From the human T2T-CHM13v2.0 reference genome, Homo sapiens: DNA of 64,000 bases. A program made the translations under genes and the position numbers. The DNA lies in assembly GCF_009914755.1 (NCBI RefSeq), contig NC_060925.1; one strand, 5' to 3'. This document shows, piece after piece, positions 24,801-38,000 of the stretch; position 1 is the first letter of the stretch, and the number at the start of each line of letters is the position of its first letter. Under the pieces are notes generated by a model. That model saw only the letters and a list, made by a program, of their open reading frames with translations, was not told the origin of the DNA and made no database searches.

Positions 24801-27800
24801 TAGGAAACACTCTGTTTGTAAAGTCTGCAAGTGGATATTCAGACCCCCTTGAGGCCTTCGTTGGAAACGGGATTTCTTCATATTCTGCTAGACAGAAGAA
24901 TTCTCAGTAACTTCCTTGTGTTGTGTGTATTCAACTCACAGAGTTGAACGATCCTTTACACAGAGCAGACTTGAAACACTCTTTTTGTGGAATTTGCAAG
25001 TGGAGATTTCAGCCGCTTTGAGGTCAATAGTAGAAAAGGAAATATCTTCGTAGAAAAACTAGACAGAATGATTCTCAGAAACTCCTTTGTGATGTGTGTG
25101 TTCAACTCACAGAGTTTAACCTTTCTTTTCATAGAGCAGTTAGTAAACACTCTGTTTATAAAGTCTGCAAGTGGATATTCAGACCCCTTTGAGGCCTTCG
25201 TTGGAAACGGGATTTCTTCATATTATGCTAGACAGAAGAATTCTCAGTAACTTCCTTGTGTTGTGTGTATTCAACTGACAGAGTTGAACTTTCATTTAGA
25301 GAGAGCAGATTTGAAACACTGTTTTTGTGGAATTTGCAAGTGGAGATTTCAAGCGCTTTGGGGCCAAAGGCAGAAAAGGAAATATCTTCGTATAAAAACT
25401 AGACAGAATCATTCTCAGAAACTGCCGCGTGATGTGTGCGTTCAACTCTCAGAGTTTAACATTTCTTTTCATTCAGCGGTTTGGAAACACTCTGTTTGTA
25501 AAGTCTGCACGTGGATATTTTGACCACTTAGAGGCCTTCGTTGGAAACGGGTTTTTTTCATGTAAGGCTAGACAGAAGAATTCCCAGTAACTTCCTTGTG
25601 TTGTGTGCATTCAACTCACAGAGTTGAACGTTCCCTTAGACAGAGCAGATTTGAAACACTCTATTTGTGCAATTTGCAAGTGTAGATTTCAAGCGCTTTA
25701 AGGTCAACGGCAGAAAAGGAAATATCTTCGTTTCAAAACTAGATAGAATCATTCCCACAAACTGCGTTGTGATGTGTTCGTTCAACTCACAGAGTTTAAC
25801 CTTTCTGTTCATAGAGCAGTTAGGAAACACTCTGTTTGTAAAGTCTGTAAGTGGATATTCTGACATCTTGTGGCCTTCGTTGGAAACGGGATTTCTTCAT
25901 ATTCTGCTAGACAGAAGAATTCTCAGTAACTTCCTTGTGTTGTGTGTATTCAACTCACAGAGTTGAACGATCCTTTACACAGAGCAGACTTGAAACACTC
26001 TTTTTGTGGAATTTGCAAGTGGAGATTTCAGCCGCTTTGAGGTCAATGGTAGAAAAGGAAACTATCTTCATATAAAGACTAGACAGAATGATTCTCAGAA
26101 AATCTTTTGTGATGTGTGCGTTCAACTCACAGAGTTTAACTTTTCTTCTCATAGAGCAGTTAGGAAACACTCTGTTTGTAAAGTCTGCAAGTGGATATTC
26201 AGACCTCTTTGAGGCCTTCGTTGGAAACGGGATTTCGTCATATTATGCTAGACAGAATAATTCTCAGTAACTTCCTTGTGTTGTGTGTATTCAACTCACA
26301 GAGTTGAAGGATCCTTTACAGAGAGCAGGCTTGAAACACTCTTTTTGTCGAATTTGCAAGTGGAGATTTCAGCCGCTTTGAGGTCAATGGTAGAATAGGA
26401 AATATCTTCTTATAGAAACTAGACAGAATGATTCTCATAAACTCCTTTGTGATGTGTGCGTTCAACTCACAGAGTTTAACCTTTCTTTTCATAGAGCAGT
26501 TAGGAAAAACTCTGTTTGAAAAGTCTGCAAGTGGATATTCAGACCTCCTTGAGGCCTTCGTTGGAAACGGGATTTCTTCATATTCTGCTAGACAGAAGAA
26601 TTCTCAGTAACTTCCTTGTGTTGTGTTTATTCAACTCACAGAGTTGAATGATCCTTTACACAGAGCAGACTTGAAACACTCTTTTTGTGGAATTTGCAAG
26701 TGGAGATTTCAGCCGCTTTGAGGTCAATGGTAGAAAAGTAAATATCTTCGTATAAAGACTAGACAGAATGATTCTCAAAAACTCCTTTGTGATGTGTGCG
26801 TTCAACTCACAGAGTTTAACCTTTCTGTTCATAGAGCAGTTAGGAAACACTCTGTTTGTAAAGTCTGCAAGTGGATATTCAGACCTCCTTGAGGCCTTCG
26901 TTGGAAACGGGATTTCTTCATACTCTGCTAGAGAGAAGAATTCTCAGTAACTTCCTTGTGTTGTGTGTATTCAACTCACAGAGTTGAACGATCCTTTACA
27001 CAGAGCAGACTTGAAACACTCTTTTTGTGGAATTTGCAAGTGGAGATTTCAGCCGCTTTGAGGTCAATAGTAGAAAAGGAAATATCTTCGTAGAAAAACT
27101 AGACAGAATGATTCTCAGAAACTCCTTTGTGATGTGTGTGTTCAACTCACAGAGTTTAACCTTTCTTTTCATAGAGCAGTTAGTAAACACTCTGTTTATA
27201 AAGTCTGCAAGTGGATATTCAGACCCCTTTGAGGCCTTCGTTGGAAACGGGATTTCTTCATATTATGCTAGACAGAAGAATTCTCAGTAACTTCCTTGTG
27301 TTGTGTGTATTCAACTGACAGAGTTGAACTTTCATTTAGAGAGAGCAGATTTGAAACACTGTTTTTGTGGAATTTGCAAGTGGAGATTTCAAGCGCTTTG
27401 GGGCCAAAGGCAGAAAAGGAAATATCTTCGTATAAAAACTAGACAGAATCATTCTCAGAAACTGCTGCGTGATGTGTGCGTTCAACTCTCAGAGTTTAAC
27501 TTTTCTTTTCATTCAGCGGTTTGGAAACACTCTGTTTGTAAAGTCTGCACGTGGATATTTTGACCACTTAGAGGCCTTTGTTGGAAACGGGTTTTTTTCA
27601 TGTAAGGCTAGACAGAAGAATTCCCAGTAACTTCCTTGTGTTGTGTGCATTCAACTCACAGAGTTGAACGTTCCCTTAGACAGAGCAGATTTGAAACACT
27701 CTATTTGTGCAATTTGCAAGTGTAGATTTCAAGCGCTTTAAGGTCAACGGCAGAAAAGGAAATATCTTCGTTTCAAAACTAGAGAGAATCATTCCCACAA

Positions 27801-29988
27801 ACTGCGTTGTGATGTGTTCGTTCAACTCACAGAGTTTAACCTTTCTGTTCATAGAGCAGTTAGGAAACACTCTGTAAAGTCTGTAAGTGGATATTCTGAC
27901 ATCTTGTGGCCTTCGTTGGAAACGGGATTTCTTCATATTCTGCTAGACAGAAGAATTCTCAGTAACTTCCTTGTGTTGTGTGTATTCAACTCACAGAGTT
28001 GAACGATCCTTTACACAGAGCAGACTTGAAACACTCTTTTTGTGGAATTTGCAAGTGGAGATTTCAGCCGCTTTGAGGTCAATGGTAGAAAAGGAAACTA
28101 TCTTCATATAAAGACTAGACAGAATGATTCTCAGAAAATCTTTTGTGATGTGTGCGTTCAACTCACAGAGTTTAACTTTTCTTCTCATAGAGCAGTTAGG
28201 AAACACTCTGTTTGTAAAGTCTGCAAGTGGATATTCAGACCTCTTTGAGGCCTTCGTTGGAAACGGGATTTCGTCATATTATGCTAGACAGAATAATTCT
28301 CAGTAACTTCCTTGTGTTGTGTGTATTCAACTCACAGAGTTGAAGGATCCTTTACAGAGAGCAGGCTTGAAACACTCTTTTTGTCGAATTTGCAAGTGGA
28401 GATTTCAGCCGCTTTGAGGTCAATGGTAGAATAGGAAATATCTTCTTATAGAAACTAGACAGAATGATTCTCATAAACTCCTTTGTGATGTGTGCGTTCA
28501 ACTCACAGAGTTTAACCTTTCTTTTCATAGAGCAGTTAGGAAAAACTCTGTTTGAAAAGTCTCCAAGTGGATATTCAGACCTCCTTGAGGCCTTCGTTGG
28601 AAACGGGATTTCTTCATATTCTGCTAGACAGAAGAATTCTCAGTAACTTCCTTGTGTTGTGTTTATTCAACTCACAGAGTTGAATGATCCTTTACACAGA
28701 GCAGACTTGAAACACTCTTTTTGTGGAATTTGCAAGTGGAGATTTCAGCCGCTTTGAGGTCAATGGTAGAAAAGTAAATATCTTCGTATAAAGACTAGAC
28801 AGAATGATTCTCAAAAACTCCTTTGTGATGTGTGCGTTCAACTCACAGAGTTTAACCTTTCTGTTCATAGAGCAGTTAGGAAACACTCTGTTTGTAAAGT
28901 CTGCAAGTGGATATTCAGACCTCCTTGAGGCCTTCGTTGGAAACGGGATTTCTTCATACTCTGCTAGACAGAAGAATTCTCAGTAACTTCCTTGTGTTGT
29001 GTGTATTCAACTCACAGAGTTGAACGATCCTTTACACAGAGCAGACTTGAAACACTCTTTTTGTGGAATTTGCAAGTGGAGATTTCAGCCGCTTTGAGGT
29101 CAATAGTAGAAAAGGAAATATCTTCGTAGAAAAACTAGACAGAATGATTCTCAGAAACTCCTTTGTGATGTGTGTGTTCAACTCACAGAGTTTAACCTTT
29201 CTTTTCATAGAGCAGTTAGTAAACACTCTGTTTATAAAGTCTGCAAGTGGATATTCAGACCCCTTTGAGGCCTTCGTTGGAAACGGGATTTCTTCATATT
29301 ATGCTAGACAGAAGAATTCTCAGTAACTTCCTTGTGTTGTGTGTATTCAACTGACAGAGTTGAACTTTCATTTAGAGAGAGCAGATTTGAAACACTGTTT
29401 TTGTGGAATTTGCAAGTGGAGATTTCAAGCGCTTTGGGGCCAAAGGCAGAAAAGGAAATATCTTCGTATAAAAACTAGACAGAATCATTCTCAGAAACTG
29501 CTGCGTGATGTGTGCGTTCAACTCTCAGAGTTTAACTTTTCTTTTCATTCAGCGGTTTGGAAACACTCTGTTTGTAAAGTCTGCACGTGGATATTTTGAC
29601 CACTTAGAGGCCTTTGTTGGAAACGGGTTTTTTTCATGTAAGGCTAGACAGAAGAATTCCCAGTAACTTCCTTGTGTTGTGTGCATTCAACTCACAGAGT
29701 TGAACGTTCCCTTAGACAGAGCAGATTTGAAACACTCTATTTGTGCAATTTCCAAGTGTAGATTTCAAGCGCTTTAAGGTCAACGGCAGAAAAGGAAATA
29801 TCTTCGTTTCAAAACTAGAGAGAATCATTCCCACAAACTGCGTTGTGATGTGTTCGTTCAACTCACAGAGTTTAACCTTTCTGTTCATAGAGCAGTTAGG
29901 AAACACTCTGTAAAGTCTGTAAGTGGATATTCTGACATCTTGTGGCCTTCGTTGGAAACGGGATTTCTTCATATTCTGCTAGACAGAA
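21837..29988 (+). repeat. Four tandem 12-mers ABCFGH (2,040, 2,040, 2,036, 2,036 bp)
   Basis: A at 21875, 23915, 25955, 27991 and 30027; the last two units carry a 4-bp deletion in H. Confidence 0.9.
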
Positions 29989-31349
29989 GAATTCTCAGTA
30001 ACTTCCTTGTGTTGTGTGTATTCAACTCACAGAGTTGAACGATCCTTTACACAGAGCAGACTTGAAACACTCTTTTTGTGGAATTTGCAAGTGGAGATTT
30101 CAGCCGCTTTGAGGTCAATGGTAGAAAAGGAAACTATCTTCATATAAAGACTAGACAGAATGATTCTCAGAAAATCTTTTGTGATGTGTGCGTTCAACTC
30201 ACAGAGTTTAACTTTTCTTCTCATAGAGCAGTTAGGAAACACTCTGTTTGTAAAGTCTGCAAGTGGATATTCAGACCTCTTTGAAGCCTTCGTTGGAAAC
30301 GGGATTTCTTCATATTATGCTAGACAGAATAATTCTCAGTAACTTCCTTGTGTTGTGTGTATTCAACTCACAGAGTTGAACGATCCTTTACAGAGATCAG
30401 GATTGAAACACTCTTTTTGTCGAATTTGCAAGTGGAGATTTCAGCCGCTTTGAGGTCAATGGTAGAATAGGAAATATCTTCTTATAGAAACTAGACAGAA
30501 TGATTCTCATAAACTCCTTTGTGATGTGTGCGTTCAACTCACAGAGTTTAACCTTTCTTTTCATAGAGCAGTTAGGAAACACTCTGTTTGTAAAGTCTGC
30601 AAGTGGATATTCAGACCCCCTTGAGGCCTTCGTTGGAAACGGGATTTCTTCATATTCTGCTAGACAGAAGAATTCTCAGTAACTTCCTTGTGTTGTGTGT
30701 ATTCAACTCACAGAGTTGAACGATCCTTTACACAGAGCAGACTTGAAACACTCTTCTTGTGGAATTTGCAAGTGGAGATTTCAGCCGCTTTGAGGTCAAT
30801 GGTAGAAAAGTAAATATCTTCGTATAAAGACTAGACAGAATGATTCTCAGAAACTCCTTTGTGATGTGTGCGTTCAACTCACAGAGTTTAACCTTTCTGT
30901 TCATAGAGCAGTTAGGAAACACTCTGTTTGTAAAGTCTGCAAGTGGATATTCAGACCTCCTTGAGGCCTTCGTTGGAAACGGGATTTCTTCATATTCTGC
31001 TAGACAGAAGAATTCTCAGTAACTTCCTTGTGTTGTGTGTATTCAACTCACAGAGTTGAACGATCCTTTACACAGAGCAGACTTGAAACACTCTTCTTGT
31101 GGAATTTGCAAGTGGAGATTTCAGCCGCTTTGAGGTCAATGGTAGAAAAGGAAATATCTTCGTATAAAGACTAGACAGAATGATTCTCAGAAACTCCTTT
31201 GTGATGTGTGCGTTCAACTCACAGAGTTTAACCTTTCTGTTCATAGAGCAGTTAGGAAACACTCTGTTTGTAAAGTCTGCAAGTGGATATTCAGACCCCC
31301 TTGAGGCCTTCGTTGGAAACGGGATTTCTTCATATTCTGCTAGACAGAA
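29989..31349 (+). repeat. 8-mer variant A-B-(D/C)-(D/C) (1,361 bp)
   Basis: A at 30027 then A at 31388; two tcttcttg dimers with C-type ctgttc second monomers. Confidence 0.8.
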
Positions 31350-34300
31350 GAATTCTCAGTAACTTCCTTGTGTTGTGTGTATTCAACTCACAGAGTTGAA
31401 CGATCCTTTACACAGAGCAGACTTGAAACACTCTTTTTGTGGAATTTGCAAGTGGAGATTTCAGCCGCTTTGAGGTCAATGGTAGAAAAGGAAACTATCT
31501 TCATATAAAGACTAGACAGAATGATTCTCAGAAAATCTTTTGTGATGTGTGCGTTCAACTCACAGAGTTTAACTTTTCTTCTCATAGAGCAGTTAGGAAA
31601 CACTCTGTTTGTAAAGTCTGCAAGTGTATATTCAGACCTCTTTGAGGCCTTCGTTGGAAACGGGATTTCTTCATATTATGCTAGACAGAATAATTCTCAG
31701 TAACTTCCTTGTGTTGTGTGTATTCAACTCACAGAGTTGAAGGATCCTTTACAGAGAGCAGGCTTGAAACACTCTTTTTGTCGAATTTGCAAGTGGAGAT
31801 TTCAGCCGCTTTGAGGTCAATGGTAGAATAGGAAATATCTTCTTATAGAAACTAGACAAAATGATTCTCATGAACTCCTTTGTGAAGTGTGCGTTCAACT
31901 CACAGAGTTTAACCTTTCTTTTCATAGAGCAGTTAGGAAACACTCTGTTTGTAAAGTCTGCAAGTGGATATTCAGACCTCCTTGAGGCCTTCGTTGGAAA
32001 CGGGATTTCTTCATATTCTGCTAGACAGAAGAATTCTCATTAACTTCCTTGTGTTGTGTTTATTCAACTCACAGAGTTGAATGATCCTTTACACAGAGCA
32101 GACTTGAAACACTCTTTTTGTGGAATTTGCAAGTGGAGATTTCAGCCGCTTTGAGGTCAATGGTAGAAAAGGAAATATCTTCGTATAAAGACTAGACAGA
32201 ATGATTCTCAGAAACTCCTTTGTGATGTGTGCGTTCAACTCACAGAGTTTAACCTTTCTGTTCATAGAGCAGTTAGGAAACACTCTGTTTGTAAAGTCTG
32301 CAAGTGGATATTCAGACCTCCTTGAGGCCTTCGTTGGAAACGGGATTTCTTCATATTCTGCTAGACAGAAGGATTCTCAGTAACTTCCTTGTGTTGTGTG
32401 TATTCAACTCACAGAGTTGAACGATCCTTTACACAGAGCAGACTTGAAACACTCTTTTTGTGGAATTTGCAAGTGGAGATTTCAGCCGCTTTGAGGTCAA
32501 TAGTAGAAAAGGAAATATCTTCGTAGAAAAACTAGACAGAATGATTCTCAGAAACTCCTTTGTGATGTGTGCGTTCAACTCACAGAGTTTAACCTTTCTT
32601 TTCATAGAGCAGTTAGTAAACACTCTGTTTATAAAGTCTGCAAGTGGATATTCAGACCCCTTTGAGGCCTTCGTTGGAAACGGGATTTCTTCATATTATG
32701 CTAGACAGAAGAATTCTCAGTAACTTCCTTGTGTTGTGTGTATTCAACTGACAGAGTTGAACTTTCATTTAGAGAGAGCAGATTTGAAACACTGTTTTTG
32801 TGGAATTTGCAAGTGGAGATTTCAAGCGCTTTGGGGCCAAAGGCAGAAAAGGAAATATCTTCGTATAAAAACTAGACAGAATCATTCTCAGAAACTGCTG
32901 CGTGATGTGTGCGTTCAACTCTCAGAGTTTAACTTTTCTTTTCATTCAGCGGTTTGGAAACACTCTGTTTGTAAAGTCTGCACGTGGATATTTTGACCAC
33001 TTAGAGGCCTTCGTTGGAAACGGGTTTTTTTCATGTAAGGCTAGACAGAAGAATTCCCAGTAACTTCCTTGTGTTGTGTGCATTCAACTCACAGAGTTGA
33101 ACGTTCCCTTAGACAGAGCAGATTTGAAACACTCTATTTGTGCAATTTGCAAGTGTAGATTTCAAGCGCTTTAAGGTCAACGGCAGAAAAGGAAATATCT
33201 TCGTTTCAAAACTAGACAGAATCATTCCCACAAACTGCGTTGTGATGTGTTCGTTCAACTCACAGAGTTTAACCTTTCTGTTCATAGAGCAGTTAGGAAA
33301 CACTCTGTTTGTAAAGTCTGTAAGTGGATATTCTGACATCTTGTGGCCTTCGTTGGAAACGGGATTTCTTCATATTCTGCTAGACAGAAGAATTCTCAGT
33401 AACTTCCTTGTGTTGTGTGTATTCAACTCACAGAGTTGAACGATCCTTTACACAGAGCAGACTTGAAACACTCTTTTTGTGGAATTTGCAAGTGGAGATT
33501 TCAGCCGCTTTGAGGTCAATGGTAGAAAAGGAAATATCTTCGTATAAAGACTAGACAGAATGATTCTCAGAAACTCCTTTGTGATGTGTGCGTTCAACTC
33601 ACAGAGTTTAACTTTTCTTTTCAAAGAGCAGTTAGGAAACACTCTCTTTGTAAAGTCTGCAAGTGGATATTCAGACCTCTTTGAGGCCTTCGTTGGAAAC
33701 GGGATTTCTTCATATTCTGCTAGACAGAAGAATTCTCAGTAACTTCCTTGTGTTGTGTGTATTCAACTCACAGAGTTGAACGATCCTTTACACAGAGCAG
33801 ACTTGAAACATTCTTTTTGTGGAATTTGCAAGTGGAGATTTCAGCCGCTTTGAGGTCAATGTTAGAATAGGAAATATCTTCCTATAGAAACTAGACAGAA
33901 CGATTCTCAGAAACTCCGTTGTGATGTGTGCGTTCAACTCACAGAGTTTAACCTTTCTTTTCATAGAGCAGTTAGGAAACACTCTGTTTGTAAAGTCTGC
34001 AAGTGGATATTCAGACCTCTTTGAGGCCTTCGTTGGAAACGGGATTTCTTCCTATTCTGCTAGACAGAAGAATTCTCAGTAACTTCCTTGTGTTGTGTGT
34101 ATTCAACTCACAGAGTTGAACGATCCTTTACACAGAGCAGACTTGAAACACTCTTTTTGTGGAATTTGCAAGTGGAGATTTCAGCCGCTTTGAGGTCAAT
34201 AGTAGAAAAGGAAATATCTTCGTAGAAAAACTAGACAGAATGATTCTCAGAAACTCCTTTGTGATGTGTGTGTTCAACTCACAGAGTTTAACCTTTCTTT

Positions 34301-35088
34301 TCATAGAGCAGTTAGTAAACACTCTGTTTATAAAGTCTGCAAGTGGATATTCAGACCCCTTTGAGGCCTTCGTTGGAAACGGGATTTCTTCATATTCTGC
34401 TAGACAGAAGAATTCTCAGTAACTTCCTTGTGTTGTGTGTATTCAACTGACAGAGTTGAACTTTCATTTGGAGAGAGCAGATTTGAAACACTGTTTTTGT
34501 GGAATTTGCAAGTGGAGATTTCAAGCGCTTTGGGGCCAAAGGCAGAAAAGGAAATATCTTCGTATAAAAACTAGACAGAATCATTCTCAGAAACTGCTGC
34601 GTGATGTGTGCGTTCAACTCTCAGAGTTTAACTTTTCTTTTCATTCAGCGGTTTGGAAACACTCTGTTTGTAAAGTCTGCACGTGGATATTTTGACCACT
34701 TAGAGGCCTTCGTTGGAAACGGGTTTTTTTCATGTAAGGCTAGACAGAAGAATTCCCAGTAACTTCCTTGTGTTGTGTGCATTCAACTCACAGAGTTGAA
34801 CGTTCCCTTAGACAGAGCAGATTTGAAACACTCTATTTGTGCAATTTGCAAGTGTAGATTTCAAGCGCTTTAAGGTCAACGGCAGAAAAGGAAATATCTT
34901 CGTTTCAAAACTAGAGAGAATCATTCCCACAAACTGCGTTGTGATGTGTTCGTTCAACTCACAGAGTTTAACCTTTCTGTTCATAGAGCAGTTAGGAAAC
35001 ACTCTGTTTGTAAAGTCTGTAAGTGGATATTCTGACATCTTGTGGCCTTCGTTGGAAACGGGATTTCTTCATATTCTGCTAGACAGAA
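31350..35088 (+). repeat. 12-mer ABCFGH followed by A-less 10-mer DEFGH (33390-35088, 1,699 bp)
   Basis: H at 33109 is followed by a D-like dimer (33448) rather than A, then E, F, G, H. Confidence 0.82.
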
Positions 35089-38000
35089 GAATTCTCAGTA
35101 ACTTCCTTGTGTTGTGTGTATTCAACTCACAGAGTTGAACGATCCTTTACACAGAGCAGACTTGAAACACTCTTTTTGTGGAATTTGCAAGTGGAGATTT
35201 CAGCCGCTTTGAGGTCAATGGTAGAAAAGGAAACTATCTTCATATAAAGACTAGACAGAATGATTCTCAGAAAATCTTTTGTGATGTGTGCGTTCAACTC
35301 ACAGAGTTTAACTTTTCTTCTCATAGAGCAGTTAGGAAACACTCTGTTTGTAAAGTCTGCAAGTGGATATTCAGACCTCTTTGAGGCCTTCGTTGGAAAC
35401 GGGATTTCGTCATATTATGCTAGACAGAATAATTCTCAGTAACTTCCTTGTGTTGTGTGTATTCAACTCACAGAGTTGAAGGATCCTTTACAGAGAGCAG
35501 GCTTGAAACACTCTTTTTGTCGAATTTGCAAGTGGAGATTTCAGCCGCTTTGAGGTCAATGGTAGAATAGGAAATATCTTCTTATAGAAACTAGACAGAA
35601 TGATTCTCATAAACTCCTTTGTGATGTGTGCGTTCAACTCACAGAGTTTAACCTTTCTTTTCATAGAGCAGTTAGGAAAAACTCTGTTTGAAAAGTCTGC
35701 AAGTGGATATTCAGACCTCCTTGAGGCCTTCGTTGGAAACGGGATTTCTTCATATTCTGCTAGACAGAAGAATTCTCAGTAACTTCCTTGTGTTGTGTTT
35801 ATTCAACTCACAGAGTTGAATGATCCTTTACACAGAGCAGACTTGAAACACTCTTTTTGTGGAATTTGCAAGTGGAGATTTCAGCCGCTTTGAGGTCAAT
35901 GGTAGAAAAGTAAATATCTTCGTATAAAGACTAGACAGAATGATTCTCAAAAACTCCTTTGTGATGTGTGCGTTCAACTCACAGAGTTTAACCTTTCTGT
36001 TCATAGAGCAGTTAGGAAACACTCTGTTTGTAAAGTCTGCAAGTGGATATTCAGACCTCCTTGAGGCCTTCGTTGGAAACGGGATTTCTTCATACTCTGC
36101 TAGACAGAAGAATTCTCAGTAACTTCCTTGTGTTGTGTGTATTCAACTCACAGAGTTGAACGATCCTTTACACAGAGCAGACTTGAAACACTCTTTTTGT
36201 GGAATTTGCAAGTGGAGATTTCAGCCGCTTTGAGGTCAATAGTAGAAAAGGAAATATCTTCGTAGAAAAACTAGACAGAATGATTCTCAGAAACTCCTTT
36301 GTGATGTGTGTGTTCAACTCACAGAGTTTAACCTTTCTTTTCATAGAGCAGTTAGTAAACACTCTGTTTATAAAGTCTGCAAGTGGATATTCAGACCCCT
36401 TTGAGGCCTTCGTTGGAAACGGGATTTCTTCATATTATGCTAGACAGAAGAATTCTCAGTAACTTCCTTGTGTTGTGTGTATTCAACTGACAGAGTTGAA
36501 CTTTCATTTAGAGAGAGCAGATTTGAAACACTGTTTTTGTGGAATTTGCAAGTGGAGATTTCAAGCGCTTTGGGGCCAAAGGCAGAAAAGGAAATATCTT
36601 CGTATAAAAACTAGACAGAATCATTCTCAGAAACTGCTGCGTGATGTGTGCGTTCAACTCTCAGAGTTTAACTTTTCTTTTCATTCAGCGGTTTGGAAAC
36701 ACTCTGTTTGTAAAGTCTGCACGTGGATATTTTGACCACTTAGAGGCCTTTGTTGGAAACGGGTTTTTTTCATGTAAGGCTAGACAGAAGAATTCCCAGT
36801 AACTTCCTTGTGTTGTGTGCATTCAACTCACAGAGTTGAACGTTCCCTTAGACAGAGCAGATTTGAAACACTCTATTTGTGCAATTTCCAAGTGTAGATT
36901 TCAAGCGCTTTAAGGTCAACGGCAGAAAAGGAAATATCTTCGTTTCAAAACTAGAGAGAATCATTCCCACAAACTGCGTTGTGATGTGTTCGTTCAACTC
37001 ACAGAGTTTAACCTTTCTGTTCATAGAGCAGTTAGGAAACACTCTGTAAAGTCTGTAAGTGGATATTCTGACATCTTGTGGCCTTCGTTGGAAACGGGAT
37101 TTCTTCATATTCTGCTAGACAGAAGAATTCTCAGTAACTTCCTTGTGTTGTGTGTATTCAACTCACAGAGTTGAACGATCCTTTACACAGAGCAGACTTG
37201 AAACACTCTTTTTGTGGAATTTGCAAGTGGAGATTTCAGCCGCTTTGAGGTCAATGGTAGAAAAGGAAACTATCTTCATATAAAGACTAGACAGAATGAT
37301 TCTCAGAAAATCTTTTGTGATGTGTGCGTTCAACTCACAGAGTTTAACTTTTCTTCTCATAGAGCAGTTAGGAAACACTCTGTTTGTAAAGTCTGCAAGT
37401 GGATATTCAGACCTCTTTGAAGCCTTCGTTGGAAACGGGATTTCTTCATATTATGCTAGACAGAATAATTCTCAGTAACTTCCTTGTGTTGTGTGTATTC
37501 AACTCACAGAGTTGAACGATCCTTTACAGAGATCAGGATTGAAACACTCTTTTTGTCGAATTTGCAAGTGGAGATTTCAGCCGCTTTGAGGTCAATGGTA
37601 GAATAGGAAATATCTTCTTATAGAAACTAGACAGAATGATTCTCATAAACTCCTTTGTGATGTGTGCGTTCAACTCACAGAGTTTAACCTTTCTTTTCAT
37701 AGAGCAGTTAGGAAAAACTCTGTTTGAAAAGTCTCCAAGTGGATATTCAGACCTCCTTGAGGCCTTCGTTGGAAACGGGATTTCTTCATATTCTGCTAGA
37801 CAGAAGAATTCTCAGTAACTTCCTTGTGTTGTGTTTATTCAACTCACAGAGTTGAATGATCCTTTACACAGAGCAGACTTGAAACACTCTTTTTGTGGAA
37901 TTTGCAAGTGGAGATTTCAGCCGCTTTGAGGTCAATGGTAGAAAAGTAAATATCTTCGTATAAAGACTAGACAGAATGATTCTCAGAAACTCCTTTGTGA